A program made the position numbers and the translations under genes. A DNA stretch of 64,000 nucleotides. Source: Andalucia godoyi And28. Lineage: Eukaryota; Protista; Jakobida. Shown here piece after piece: positions 50,042-60,164 of this stretch (position 1 is its first letter; every line of letters starts with the position of its first letter). The notes below the pieces were generated by a model. It was not told where the DNA came from, made no database searches, and was given only the letters and a program-made list of their open reading frames with translations. The stretch lies in assembly GCA_009859145.1 (NCBI GenBank), contig VRVR01000052.1:124001-188000 (forward strand). The letters are read 5' to 3'.

Positions 50042-52699
50042 CTACACTTTCAGTCGTGCAATCGCGACGGACTGCACCGGGTCCCTGTTGTCGCCAAGAG
50101 ACACGTCATCCACTGCAGCACATTCCATAAGCAACTGCACGACGCGGAGCCATTTCCCAAACGGAATTCTGAGCGACGTCTCTAGCGAATGTCTGTCTTT
50201 GGCTCTCGAATAGTAGTACTCTTGCCAGAAGCCAAGAAGCTCGGCATACTGTTTTCGTGTTTCCAGCGGAACCGAGTACCACAGGCGGCGGACAAGGTCG
50301 ACATTGTCCAGCGGGACAAAGAATAAAAGGCAAGTATTCATGCAACAGAGATTGGATTGACAAACATTCACTGGCGTGACGCGAGACATCATATCCGCGA
50401 GAAACACCTCGCGGTTCCGGAGCAGATACGCCGCGAAGTTCTCCGAGGCCGGACCGTCAACTAACAAACCAGAGCTGTGGTCTCTGCATACAGGCTTGGA
50501 TCTTGAGCCCGTCAAGAACTCGTGGGACAGCAGCACCCCGCGCAAAAAGACGTTTGAATCGATCAAATGTTGCTTTGTGATCTGCATCAACTTGGAAATC
50601 GAGCCGTAGTTCTCCAGACACAAGTGGTAGAAGACGTCGGTGGTGGACGGGTTGAACTTTAGACACTCCGACAGCAGGTCAAAAATGGGCTGGAGCGAAT
50701 CCGCGGTCTTGAACGATTCGCTGCATACTTGCTGCAGACAATATTCGATGACACCACACTCGAGGCCAACAAAGTGCTGTAGAGACGCATCCTGACACCG
50801 AAGATAGGCTTCAAGACAGATTGCACAGGATGAACGGTACCGGGTTTCGTCCGGTAAGCTCTTGAGTGTCTTCGCAATGATGCGCACCAGTCTCTGGCAA
50901 GACGGAGTCCGTTTCACTTCCATATTGGAATCATCACGGTCGTTGAAAATAGCAAGGATGAGGCGGAGCAGCTGCATTTTGACGGAGAAATCCGCAGAGC
51001 ACTGGCAGTCTGGTCCGTGCGACAAGTGCTGAACAAAGGGCGCTTCATGACGAGGGTCCCAGTCAATGGACTCCATCAGCATGCACAAACGGTCGAAAAT
51101 GCCCAAGTCGGTCAGCTTCCGAACTGCATCGTACCTTCGACGGCCCTGGCACAAAGAACCGAGGAGGAACAACAGTTCAAACTGGTTCGATGTTGCCCAC
51201 CACGCCGCAGACATGAAGTCCTTAGGAACCAAATCAAATCGAAACGCCATCATATCCTCATTGTTTGGTCGATAGGGCAGCATGCAGCGCTCCTTGGTCC
51301 ATTCGCTCTCTCTTGACATGGGAATTGGGAAGAACACAACGGTGCTCCACAGCGGATGCTCGTGGTTACGAGCCATCATAAAATGCATTGTGCGAGAGCA
51401 CTGCGTCGCGAGAATTGAAACGTAGAACAGGACTCTCTTCAGAAGGCCGTCATGAGCCAGAACAAGCGATTGGTTACGGGTTGCAGGATCGCACGCCCGC
51501 ATTCTCGAGCTATTGAAAATCGACAATAGCTTTGCCGTTCCCGTGATGGAATACTGCTGGTCCTTCAGATTGTCCATATGGTCAAAGACAGACACCGCAA
51601 GCAAGCGGCACCCAATCGAAAAGTCTTCTGCACACCCGCCGGCGATCCGTTTCAACACCCCGTTCTCTGGATCAATGGCAACCGCCCCGCCTCGGACGCT
51701 CAGCAGCTCCTCAATCGTCGTGCATGCCGCTGCAAACAAGCTCTGATGCGACTCCACAATACTGTACAGCACAGAGATCAGCTCGGGCGACGCAGAAGGA
51801 TCGTCAGGCCCAAGGATGTAATTTGAAAACATGAGACTCTTCTTCATCAGCGCCAGCAACTCCCCCATCATAATCGTGAATTCCTGTTCCCGATACATTG
51901 ATTTCAATTGCTGGTAGTTCATCACTAGTCGAGAAGCAACGTGGAATCCACCGCACGAAAGAAACGACGAAACAAACTCTCGTTGTGCCCCGTTTCCATC
52001 ATCATGAGCATCCGCACCCGCACCCGCACCCGCCCCAACGTCGCTGCCGTCTGCGATCGGTGGAAATCTCATACTCACAGCCTGGATCGCCCGGATCGCC
52101 TCAAACCCATGCCCGCTCTTCAGCGACAACATCATCAGCAGCAACAATTCTGGGGCATTTCCCATCATCAACGACACTTTGGAGAACAGCTTTCGATTCA
52201 ACGCGTATATCCCAGTCATCTGTCGTCCGTGCGTCCGGCTGTTTCGCGCCACCTGCAAGGCATTCCATTGCGGTGCATGCAAAGATAGAACACCCGCTGT
52301 TCGCGGAAGGAATTCAAACACCCGCGACTTGTCTGCAGGGTCGCAAAACGACTTGTTATTTACCGCCACGCTTCCCTTTCCCTTTCCCTTTCTCTCCTCG
52401 TCCTTTCTCTTCTGTTCCGAATCGCCCTCTAACCCGCGCAAAAAATACTCATGTTCGTGCTCGTGCTCGTGCTCGTCATCGAGGTTGTTGTGGTTGTAAT
52501 GATGACCGTGCTGTTCCAAATGGGCCGTTTCTTCTGCAATTTCACTCTCCAATGCCTGCAGTTCGTCGCCGCCAGGAAAGTCCAAGTCGGACTGCTCAAT
52601 GCTCCGAAACAGCTCTTGAAGTGACGCATGGTCCGTCAATATCGCCCGAATCTGCTCTTCCGTATAAAACGGCCGAAGCAACCTGCTAATCTCATCCAT
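50042..52699 (-). CDS. TRPC4AP: TRPC4AP/TRUSS-like protein
   Basis: CSADFSVKMQLLRLI, FDLLSECLKFN, LIDSNVFLR, NLCCMNTCL and WQEYY...KDRHSLE..RIPF..W correspond to conserved TRPC4AP blocks. Confidence 0.75.
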   Translation of the reverse strand: MDEISRLLRPFYTEEQIRAILTDHASLQELFRSIEQSDLDFPGGDELQALESEIAEETAHLEQHGHHYNHNNLDDEHEHEHEHEYFLRGLEGDSEQKRKDEERKGKGKGSVAVNNKSFCDPADKSRVFEFLPRTAGVLSLHAPQWNALQVARNSRTHGRQMTGIYALNRKLFSKVSLMMGNAPELLLLMMLSLKSGHGFEAIRAIQAVSMRFPPIADGSDVGAGAGAGADAHDDGNGAQREFVSSFLSCGGFHVASRLVMNYQQLKSMYREQEFTIMMGELLALMKKSLMFSNYILGPDDPSASPELISVLYSIVESHQSLFAAACTTIEELLSVRGGAVAIDPENGVLKRIAGGCAEDFSIGCRLLAVSVFDHMDNLKDQQYSITGTAKLLSIFNSSRMRACDPATRNQSLVLAHDGLLKRVLFYVSILATQCSRTMHFMMARNHEHPLWSTVVFFPIPMSRESEWTKERCMLPYRPNNEDMMAFRFDLVPKDFMSAAWWATSNQFELLFLLGSLCQGRRRYDAVRKLTDLGIFDRLCMLMESIDWDPRHEAPFVQHLSHGPDCQCSADFSVKMQLLRLILAIFNDRDDSNMEVKRTPSCQRLVRIIAKTLKSLPDETRYRSSCAICLEAYLRCQDASLQHFVGLECGVIEYCLQQVCSESFKTADSLQPIFDLLSECLKFNPSTTDVFYHLCLENYGSISKLMQITKQHLIDSNVFLRGVLLSHEFLTGSRSKPVCRDHSSGLLVDGPASENFAAYLLRNREVFLADMMSRVTPVNVCQSNLCCMNTCLLFFVPLDNVDLVRRLWYSVPLETRKQYAELLGFWQEYYYSRAKDRHSLETSLRIPFGKWLRVVQLLMECAAVDDVSLGDNRDPVQSVAIARLKV

Positions 52700-53058
52700 T
52701 CCAAACGTTCAAACTTTTAGCTCTTTCCAATGCGAACCTCCCACACTCACGCACTCACAAACAAGAAACAGAAATGCAACAGGGAGAAAAAATACAATCA
52801 GGAAAACGTTTGTGAAAATCCCTCAAAAAATTACATATATATATATATAAAGTAAAGAGAATAAGTAAATCATATGAAATTCACTGTTTGAGTAAATCAG
52901 AGAAGTTAAAACTTTTCGCACCCTTCCGATCCGCCTGCCGTAGTCCAGCTCGTCACCTGAGCTGCTGTACTCCGCCACGCCTGCCTTTTCGCCTTCACGT
53001 GTGTCTGGGGTCCTCTTTCCATTGCCTCTTTGATTTCCTTTTATTTTTCCAGCTTTGG

Positions 53059-53068
53059 ATTATTATTA

Positions 53069-53115
<47 letters not shown>

Positions 53116-53150
53116 ATTGATAATTGATAATAATAATAATTATTATTTGC
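53059..53150. repeat. (ATT)n microsatellite, followed by about 4 copies of TTTTGTGA near 53200-53230
   Basis: Directly visible in the divergent intergenic region between TRPC4AP and CNOT11. Confidence 0.9.
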
Positions 53151-53313
53151 TGTATTTTTCTTTTCTGTTCTTTTCTTTTCTTTCTTTCTTTCTTTTGATT
53201 TGTGATTTTGTGATTTTGTGATTTTGTGATTTTGTTCTGCCCCAGTTGTTTCTGTGCTGGTTTTTTAATTCGGTTCTGTGCATTTCAGACGCTTTTTGGG
53301 GAGGGCGGGAGAA

Positions 53314-55425
53314 ATGGATGTATACGCGGTTCTCGATCGGCATTCTGTGCTGTCGCTAAGTGACATGCAGGCTGCTCTTCGGTCCTATTTGGCAAGCGTC
53401 CTTCCAGCATCACCGGTGCCACTGTTGTCGTCTGCGAGCTCCGTGTCTGACATTCTGGTGTGCATCTCGCTGCTTTTGCAAGACAGGTTTTTGGATACGC
53501 CGCAGCTGCGAATTGCGGCGCATGTGCTGCTGTACTTGCTGTGTGAGTGCGGAGGAAAGGCTGGTGCGGGTGCGCATTATGTGCTGTACTCTGCACTGCA
53601 GCAGGCCGACCGACTTGGATCTGCACTCGCGCTCTCCGCATCATCAACGACATCGAATGCGGCTTCGAATGCGGCGGCTTCCAGTGCATCATCAAGTTCG
53701 GCGAGTTCCGCAAATGCAGAGTCGTCGGTTTCGGACTCGTCTGCGAGTTTGAACGCGTCGGTTGGTGCCAAGGGTTCGTCGAGCTCGCTTTCTGCGCTTA
53801 TGGAGCAGGTTCATTTCTCCGGCTCGGTGAGTGGCGCGTCCGGTTTGCTCAAGCAAAACAGCGTTCCGAACAGCCCAACGGCTGGATCCAGTAGTAATCT
53901 TCTGGCGGCAGCCGGTCCCGGTTCCGGAGGGGTTCCTTCGTCGCCGACGTCTTCGACCAGTGCAGGGACATCAAGCAGGTGGCTCTGCAAACCGATGGCG
54001 ATCCGGCTGCATGAAACGCTTGCCGAGGAGTACTTTTTGTTGCTTGTAATGATGGGAAAGCTAAAGACACCCGGATTTTCCATTGGCGGAACCTATTCGC
54101 TTCAGGATGCGACCATCGATGGTCTGCTGCGTGCGTTTTCAAGACCTTTGCTGGACGGAATGCTGGCTTCTCTGGACACGGATGCGACATTCGTCAAGTT
54201 TGTGCAAACGGCTGAGTCGGAAAAGGCGCACTCGTTGCTCGGATTCGAAGCTTCCGCAGTGTCGCCGTTTCTGGTTCTTGCAAAGTCCCCGTCGATTCAC
54301 AGATCGCACCTGTCGAAACGGCAGCTGAGGAACGTGTTTGCCGACAAGCCGTCTGGTGGGGTTGTTAGCTCAGGCAGCGGCAGCGGCAGCACCGCCACCA
54401 CCACCACCACCACCAGCGCCGCCGCCGCCGCCGGCACATCTTTAACAAGCGCCGGCAGCGCAATGCTGGAAACATACCCAACTAGCGCCGCAGGGACCAC
54501 AGCTGCCACGCTGTCGACATCTTTGTTTTACCCCGTTGTTACGACGCCTGAAGAGTCGTTTTTGCCTCAATTTGAATCTGTTGCGAGCCATTTCACCCTC
54601 GACGAAGTGTTGCAGTCGAACACGAACCCGAATGCTGGAAGCACGAGTCCAAAGGACAATGCAGCCGCGTCTGCGTCCGGGACTGCAAACACGATGTTTT
54701 CGCAGCGCTTCCGACCGTCTTGGGTAACGCTTATGCCGCCAGTCATGGATCCGCTTCCAACGGAGATGCAGTGGTCGCTGCCGACGATATTTCCGCACAA
54801 TGCAGTGTGGGACGACAACATTCCTGCCGAGATGCGCGAGACTCGCTTGCCTACGATGGATCTTCTGAAGAAGGCGTTCAAGTCCACACTTGTTCCATCA
54901 CAAACCCAGCAAGTCGTCGAGGACATCGACGCTGCCTTTTTGAAGAAGCAGGTAGCGGTTGTTCAAGAAAAGATGCCGGAGCTGGTTGAGCACAATCCAA
55001 ACATTGCGGCACATGTCTTGGAGGTGCTTGGAACTGTGGATGCAAAACTTTCCGAGTCCATGCTTGAGGGCGTCATTAAGATGCCGATGAGCTTGCATGT
55101 CATTGAAGTCGTGAATCGGCTCATCACCAACGCAACCGCAAATGCAGCTGCAGGCAACAGGGTGTTCGTATTCCCTCGATCTTTGCTCTTCCAGTTTCTG
55201 TCCAACTGCGTTGCGTCCTGTGAACGAACTCCTGATCCATACATGCAGACCCGGCTCGTGCGGCTTCTCTGCGTCTTTGCCCAGTCGCTGCTTCGCAACA
55301 AGATTGTCCTGGCGCAGCAAGTCGCCCCGGAGCTGATGCCGTTCTGTGTCCAGTTTTCACGAGTTGCAGACGCTCAGAAACTCTACGAAAGCCTCGCGTC
55401 TCTTCAACGACCTGACACGGTCTAG
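53314..55425 (+). CDS. CNOT11: CCR4-NOT complex subunit 11
   Basis: C-terminal PELVEHNPNIA...LHVIEVVNRL...FLSNCVASCE...RLVRLLCVF..SLLRNKI...FCVQFSRV is the CNOT11 conserved domain. Confidence 0.9.
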   Translation: MDVYAVLDRHSVLSLSDMQAALRSYLASVLPASPVPLLSSASSVSDILVCISLLLQDRFLDTPQLRIAAHVLLYLLCECGGKAGAGAHYVLYSALQQADRLGSALALSASSTTSNAASNAAASSASSSSASSANAESSVSDSSASLNASVGAKGSSSSLSALMEQVHFSGSVSGASGLLKQNSVPNSPTAGSSSNLLAAAGPGSGGVPSSPTSSTSAGTSSRWLCKPMAIRLHETLAEEYFLLLVMMGKLKTPGFSIGGTYSLQDATIDGLLRAFSRPLLDGMLASLDTDATFVKFVQTAESEKAHSLLGFEASAVSPFLVLAKSPSIHRSHLSKRQLRNVFADKPSGGVVSSGSGSGSTATTTTTTSAAAAAGTSLTSAGSAMLETYPTSAAGTTAATLSTSLFYPVVTTPEESFLPQFESVASHFTLDEVLQSNTNPNAGSTSPKDNAAASASGTANTMFSQRFRPSWVTLMPPVMDPLPTEMQWSLPTIFPHNAVWDDNIPAEMRETRLPTMDLLKKAFKSTLVPSQTQQVVEDIDAAFLKKQVAVVQEKMPELVEHNPNIAAHVLEVLGTVDAKLSESMLEGVIKMPMSLHVIEVVNRLITNATANAAAGNRVFVFPRSLLFQFLSNCVASCERTPDPYMQTRLVRLLCVFAQSLLRNKIVLAQQVAPELMPFCVQFSRVADAQKLYESLASLQRPDTV

Positions 55426-55433
55426 CTGCTCCC

Positions 55434-55435
55434 TC

Positions 55436-55500
<65 letters not shown>
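55434..55500. repeat. Compound (CT)n(CA)n microsatellite
   Basis: Directly visible just after the CNOT11 stop. Confidence 0.92.
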
Positions 55501-55502
<2 letters not shown>

Positions 55503-55660
55503 CTATACTTACTTACTCCTACCTACCTTACCTTATTTCTTTCTTTTCTTTTCTTTTTCTTTTCTTTTTTCTTTTTTTTTTTTTCCTTTTCCGCTCCTTC
55601 TTTTTTGGCTCTCTCTGCAATAAACATGCGGGAAGACCCGCTGAGAACAGCTGTACCGTT

Positions 55661-55750
55661 GTATGATCTGTACGCCTAGTATGAGCTGTACGCCTAGTAT
55701 GATCTGTACGCCAAGTATGAGCTGTACGCCAAGTATGAGCTGCACGCCTT
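55661..55750 (+). repeat. Minisatellite, 5 x 18 bp, GTATGA(T/G)CTG(T/C)ACGCC(T/A)(A/T)
   Basis: Units begin at 55661, 55679, 55697, 55715 and 55733. Confidence 0.92.
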
Positions 55751-55965
55751 GCACCATTCTTTTTCGTTTTGTTTGTCAGTCCTTGCGCCTCCCTCTCTCC
55801 GAGGGGAAACGTCAGTGCGGCAGACCGTACTGTCTGCATGATCTTCACGCACCCATCTCGTATAAACTGGGAGAAAAAAAGAGAAGAGGAAGAAGAAGAA
55901 GAAGTCGGAAACAGAAAAAAACAGCAAACAAAAAACGAACTGATATAATCAAAACAGAAGAAGGG

Positions 55966-58900
55966 ATGAAAGGTAGAAATCGCATGGGAATGCCGGGCAG
56001 TGTCACGAACTCGTCTGCAGTGGACCATATGGCGAGGGCGCCGATGATGTTGACGTGGATGGCGAGGATGGTGGTGCTTGGGTGGTGGTTGTGCGGTGCG
56101 GCAGCTGTTTCGGCATCGAATGTCACGTTTGGGCAGTTTAATTTCAATCCAATGCAGTCTCTGACGTTGAACCAGCCTCCCGTCTCACAGTATGGATCGT
56201 GTGCAGCGGTCGATGACAATCTGATGATGATCACTGCGCCTCAGTGGAACATTGTGTTCATCTATGTTTTTACGGACGGCTGGGTGTACAACACACAGTT
56301 TTCGTTGGTACACTATGATATTCGGTCGGTGGGGTTCGGGGTTGCGTGTGGACTGCTTCGGGTTGCACCAGGTAAGTTCAACTTTGCGGTCTCGTCGTCG
56401 GACAGCAGTACTCTGATCTATGGTACGCTTATGCTTCCGGATCCCAACGCAGAGGTAGTGCTGTCCGCAAACGTGCTCAACGTGACGGCGTTCCAGCCAA
56501 GCCAGACGTTCGGACATGGTTTGGACGTGGGCGCAACATCACTTATTGTGACAGACCCTGACTTGGATCTTGCACTGTTTGTCAATCTCGTGAACAACGT
56601 CCAGTCGACCATCCCGTTGTCCAGCTCGCCATCGGAGTATTGCCAAGGCGGAAAGTCCATTTCGGGTGTCGAAGCTGTGAACTCTACGCTTCCGAGCGCG
56701 CGTTACGTTGCGCTTTCAGCACCTCTCTGTGGGAAAGCAGTCGTGATTGTGGCATTCAACTCCTCGACGGGCCTTGGCTGGACTCGGCTTCCCGACATCA
56801 ACCTCGTTCACACTTCGGACCTACTGAGTCCTCTGTGTGTGTCTCGAGAGCTGAGTGTGGTGGTAATATCTCCAACCTTTCGGCTCGTCGATGTATACTC
56901 GTTTGATGCCGCTGCAAACGCGTTCCGTTTCGTCATCACGCGTGAGCAGGGAGCCACGGGATGCGCTGTGGCCGAAAATGCAGTGTACATCGTGAACAGC
57001 GGAATCGGACTTTCGGTATACTTTTCGAACGACTACGCCAATACTTCGATCTCGCAAGCTGCTCTGCTGCCGATCAGCATCTCAATCGGAAGCAAGTTTG
57101 GAAAGTCGGTTTCTGTCTCGAACCGGCCGTCGTTCATTAATGTCGTTTCAGGTGTTCCCGAGCAGGACCTCGCACTTGTGATTTCTGCCACGCATATTTT
57201 AGGAGGGCTGTTTTCGTCGTCGCAGATCGAACTTACCCCAACGCCGTTCGCATTCGGTGTTGGCCTCGCCACGACTTACGACGGCAAAACCACGCAACTT
57301 GCTGTTTCAGAAGGGACAACAGGACATGTGTATCTCTATTCTTCCATTCTCGGATCACACTTGTTTTCCGGCTCCCCTGTATGCGAATTCTCCAATGTGG
57401 AGGTTCGTAGCTTTCGAAAGCAAATGGTGTTTGCGCACGGAGGAAGGCTTTTAGTCTTCGGAAGCCAAAAGAGTGTGGTGCTTGGCATCCCGCAGTTTGA
57501 AGTCATAGTCTTTGACCTCGGCGCCACGGCATCCGACTGTTCAAATGTCATTTTCCGACAGTCGTACCCTTCCTCCTTCTTCTACGGAAGCGCCGTTGAC
57601 GCAAATGGACCACGGCTCATCGCTGCCGCATATGACCAGGCTGCCGTGCTTCTCTACAAGATCGATGACGCTAGCGGAACGCCTTCCGTGCGGCAGATCT
57701 GCAACATTTCCAACACCGACCGCTGCATTATCAGCTCCAGTATGTCGCTCGGGGTGGTCGCCATTTCCAGTTCAGGTTACGCATTTCTTGCTTGCGACGG
57801 CAAGAGCATCAAAGTCGTCGATGTGCTTGGCGGTGGTGGTGGTGGTGGCGGCAACGGCAACGACGACGGCAGTTGGTGCAGTGCAACGCCGACGACGACG
57901 ACGACAACAACAACGACGACGACGTTCCGACATTCGTATTCCGAGTTTTATCCCATTAATTTTGTGTTGACTTCGTCGTCGTTTGTTGTGGCAGAGATTT
58001 CGATTTCGCGCATCGTTGCGTACCACAAGCATTTCAATGGCAGTGCATTTACATGGTCGCAGGAGCCACAGGTTTTGCTGAGCAACGCCAACGACGCCCT
58101 CATCCCGCAGAATGTCGGTTCCTGGATGCAGATCACCGATTTTGTGTTGACCATTGGTTCGTATGATGCTTCACGGGCCTATGTGTACTTTTTAGAACAG
58201 TTCATCGACCCCGAGACGGGCTACGTCTCGACCACATGGGTCCTTTCCTCGTATTCCCAACAGCAAATCGAAGGATGGGGTCGCGGATTGGCGCTGGTGA
58301 ATGGAGGAATTGTTGTCAGTGCTCCGTCGCAGAATGTGGTGTACATCAGCGGCCTTGTTTGTCCTCCAGGCTTTGAGTCCAGCAGCATGTTTTGCACAAA
58401 ATGCGCGCCTGGATTTGTGAACCCGTCTTACTCGGCTGCTCCCTGCGCGCAGTGCCTTGCTGGGTACTTTTCCTTCAACGGAACGACGTGCAATCCTTGT
58501 CCAACCGGCTACTTCTCGCACACCGGGTCAGAGTCATGCACAGCGTGTCCCCCAGGGACGTTTTCGAGCGGGCTTGCAGCGCCGGCGTGTTCCGTATGCT
58601 CGTCTGGATCATACTCATCAAACTCGGGTTCGATTTCATGCAACGCATGCCCCCAGGGCTACAAGAACCGACAGCCTGGTCTCACAAGCCAAGAATCCTG
58701 TCGATCACCGGACATGGCGTTCATCTCCAAGGCCCAGACAATCGTCAGCGTCGGCTCGGTTCTGCTGTTGCTTTTTCTTCTGTTGTTTGCAGTTTCCATC
58801 GGTCCGTTCATCGCCCTGACGCTCATGCACAGGTCCGCTCGCAAGAATGTGAAGATCGCCGAGGAATGCATTGAAGAGGCATTCCAGTTTGTCAATCCGA

Positions 58901-59385
58901 CTGCCGATCCATCACCAAGTGCCGAGATGTCTGCGTTTGGGCGCGATCCACTGCGTCCACTGCTGGCCGATGGGACGGATCCGGTGAGCGAGTCTGTAGA
59001 CGACGCATCGCTCGGATCCCTGCTGACACGCGCTATCATCCCGGGTGTCGACGCCTCCAGCTTCGGCGCAGGCTCCGAGTACTTTGAGTCTGCATGCGCC
59101 CAGTTTCTGACCGACGACATGAAGCATTCTCTGCGTCGGGTGCTGACGACGATGCAGCGCGCCGACACGAAGAACTCTCCCCAAGTCGAAAAGGCACTCG
59201 ACATCATCCGCACGTCAGTTCGTGAAGGAGTCATTGCCCGAGCGAAGCTGGACCTTCGGTTTCGCATCATGGGCAAACACCGCATCCGATACATTCTCTT
59301 GTATCTCACGCTCCTTGCTTGTGTCGGCACCTGCATTCTTCTCATCGCGTACTACCAAACCGCAATCGATCGCGAACTGAACTAG
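55966..59385 (+). CDS. Cell-surface membrane protein: FG-GAP-like beta-propeller repeats, Cys-rich (TNFR/ephrin-receptor-like) repeats, TM segments
   Basis: Signal-like segment after ATG 55966/56029; repeats QYGSCAAV, TFGHGLDV, KFGKSVSV, AFGVGLA, FYGSAVD, GWGRGLAL; CxxCxxG repeats; TM near the end of the ectodomain and at the C-terminus. Start uncertain. Confidence 0.8.
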   Translation: MKGRNRMGMPGSVTNSSAVDHMARAPMMLTWMARMVVLGWWLCGAAAVSASNVTFGQFNFNPMQSLTLNQPPVSQYGSCAAVDDNLMMITAPQWNIVFIYVFTDGWVYNTQFSLVHYDIRSVGFGVACGLLRVAPGKFNFAVSSSDSSTLIYGTLMLPDPNAEVVLSANVLNVTAFQPSQTFGHGLDVGATSLIVTDPDLDLALFVNLVNNVQSTIPLSSSPSEYCQGGKSISGVEAVNSTLPSARYVALSAPLCGKAVVIVAFNSSTGLGWTRLPDINLVHTSDLLSPLCVSRELSVVVISPTFRLVDVYSFDAAANAFRFVITREQGATGCAVAENAVYIVNSGIGLSVYFSNDYANTSISQAALLPISISIGSKFGKSVSVSNRPSFINVVSGVPEQDLALVISATHILGGLFSSSQIELTPTPFAFGVGLATTYDGKTTQLAVSEGTTGHVYLYSSILGSHLFSGSPVCEFSNVEVRSFRKQMVFAHGGRLLVFGSQKSVVLGIPQFEVIVFDLGATASDCSNVIFRQSYPSSFFYGSAVDANGPRLIAAAYDQAAVLLYKIDDASGTPSVRQICNISNTDRCIISSSMSLGVVAISSSGYAFLACDGKSIKVVDVLGGGGGGGGNGNDDGSWCSATPTTTTTTTTTTTFRHSYSEFYPINFVLTSSSFVVAEISISRIVAYHKHFNGSAFTWSQEPQVLLSNANDALIPQNVGSWMQITDFVLTIGSYDASRAYVYFLEQFIDPETGYVSTTWVLSSYSQQQIEGWGRGLALVNGGIVVSAPSQNVVYISGLVCPPGFESSSMFCTKCAPGFVNPSYSAAPCAQCLAGYFSFNGTTCNPCPTGYFSHTGSESCTACPPGTFSSGLAAPACSVCSSGSYSSNSGSISCNACPQGYKNRQPGLTSQESCRSPDMAFISKAQTIVSVGSVLLLLFLLLFAVSIGPFIALTLMHRSARKNVKIAEECIEEAFQFVNPTADPSPSAEMSAFGRDPLRPLLADGTDPVSESVDDASLGSLLTRAIIPGVDASSFGAGSEYFESACAQFLTDDMKHSLRRVLTTMQRADTKNSPQVEKALDIIRTSVREGVIARAKLDLRFRIMGKHRIRYILLYLTLLACVGTCILLIAYYQTAIDRELN

Positions 59386-59543
59386 CAGTACTCACTGGTC
59401 ACATCCATCCATTCACGATCGAACAAGGTGGCTTACTTTTTTATTACTCAGTATGCGTGCTTGCTTCCTGCAGGCTTGTCGACTCTAGGGTCTAGAGTGC
59501 AGAGTGCAGATCATGTCTCACCACCTCGGTTCCTCTTGCCGCC

Positions 59544-60164
59544 CTAGTTGTTCACGCGGAAGATGGCGGGTGCACAGCCAAAGTACGAGGAGAAGTCCGC
59601 GTAGGAAGCAGACCAGCAGAAGCATCTCTGCGACGAGGAGTTCGAGTCGATCGTTCCGCAGCCGTCCGAAGCGCAGATTCCAATGTGTGCTTCATTGCAC
59701 GCGACCGCAAGGTCTCCTGCAACTGCATTACGCGGGTCGATCGCAGATCCTCGGCCGCCCTTCAGTGCATCCACAACAGACGGCACATAGTCCGGGTTCG
59801 AGCCGAGCTTGCGGATTCCAGCATTCGTCAAAATGTTATTCACTGTCCCAAACCGAAAACCCACAGCCATTAGCATCTCGTTCATTCATTCATCATGAAA
59901 CCCTTGAACATTCCATTAAACTTTAAAAAGAAGAAGTAAACCACAAAAGAGAAGAGGAGAGAAGAGGAGAGAAGAGAAAAGAGAGAGAAAGAGAGAGAAC
60001 GTCATACCTGCCCATGCACAGGCCTCCACACCACCATCAGGACCATCTGCAGTCGAGTGTCCCCAGTACGCATGCATGGCCGAGTCAATGGCCGACGGAA
60101 TCGACGCCTGGACGCCAGACACCACAATCAGCGCAACAACCAACGCACACAAAACCACGCGCAT
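59544..60164 (-). CDS. Secreted NlpC/P60/CHAP-like (papain-fold) putative peptidoglycan hydrolase, two exons (60164-60008, 59842-59544), 151 aa
   Basis: Splicing gives signal peptide plus GGVEACAWAVNNILTNAGI...AVAGDLAV...AHIGIC...SNSSS, a Cys...GD...HIGI catalytic layout. Confidence 0.75.
59843..60007 (-). other. Spliceosomal intron (165 nt), phase 1
   Basis: GTATGA donor, GCTAAT branch site about 30 nt upstream of the CAG acceptor; removal restores ACAWA-VNNIL in frame. Confidence 0.85.

Noticed and set aside
55663-55965. N-terminal extension of the 1240-aa ORF (MICTPS repeats, poly-R/K)
   Set aside because: It is translation through the minisatellite and an A-rich leader; the signal-like sequence starts downstream.
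59467-59498. CCTGCAGG..GTCGACTCTAG resembling a pUC polylinker, plus an ACTCTAG/CTAGAGT hairpin
   Set aside because: The match is interrupted by 4 nt and flanked by no other vector sequence; most likely chance within convergent 3' UTRs.
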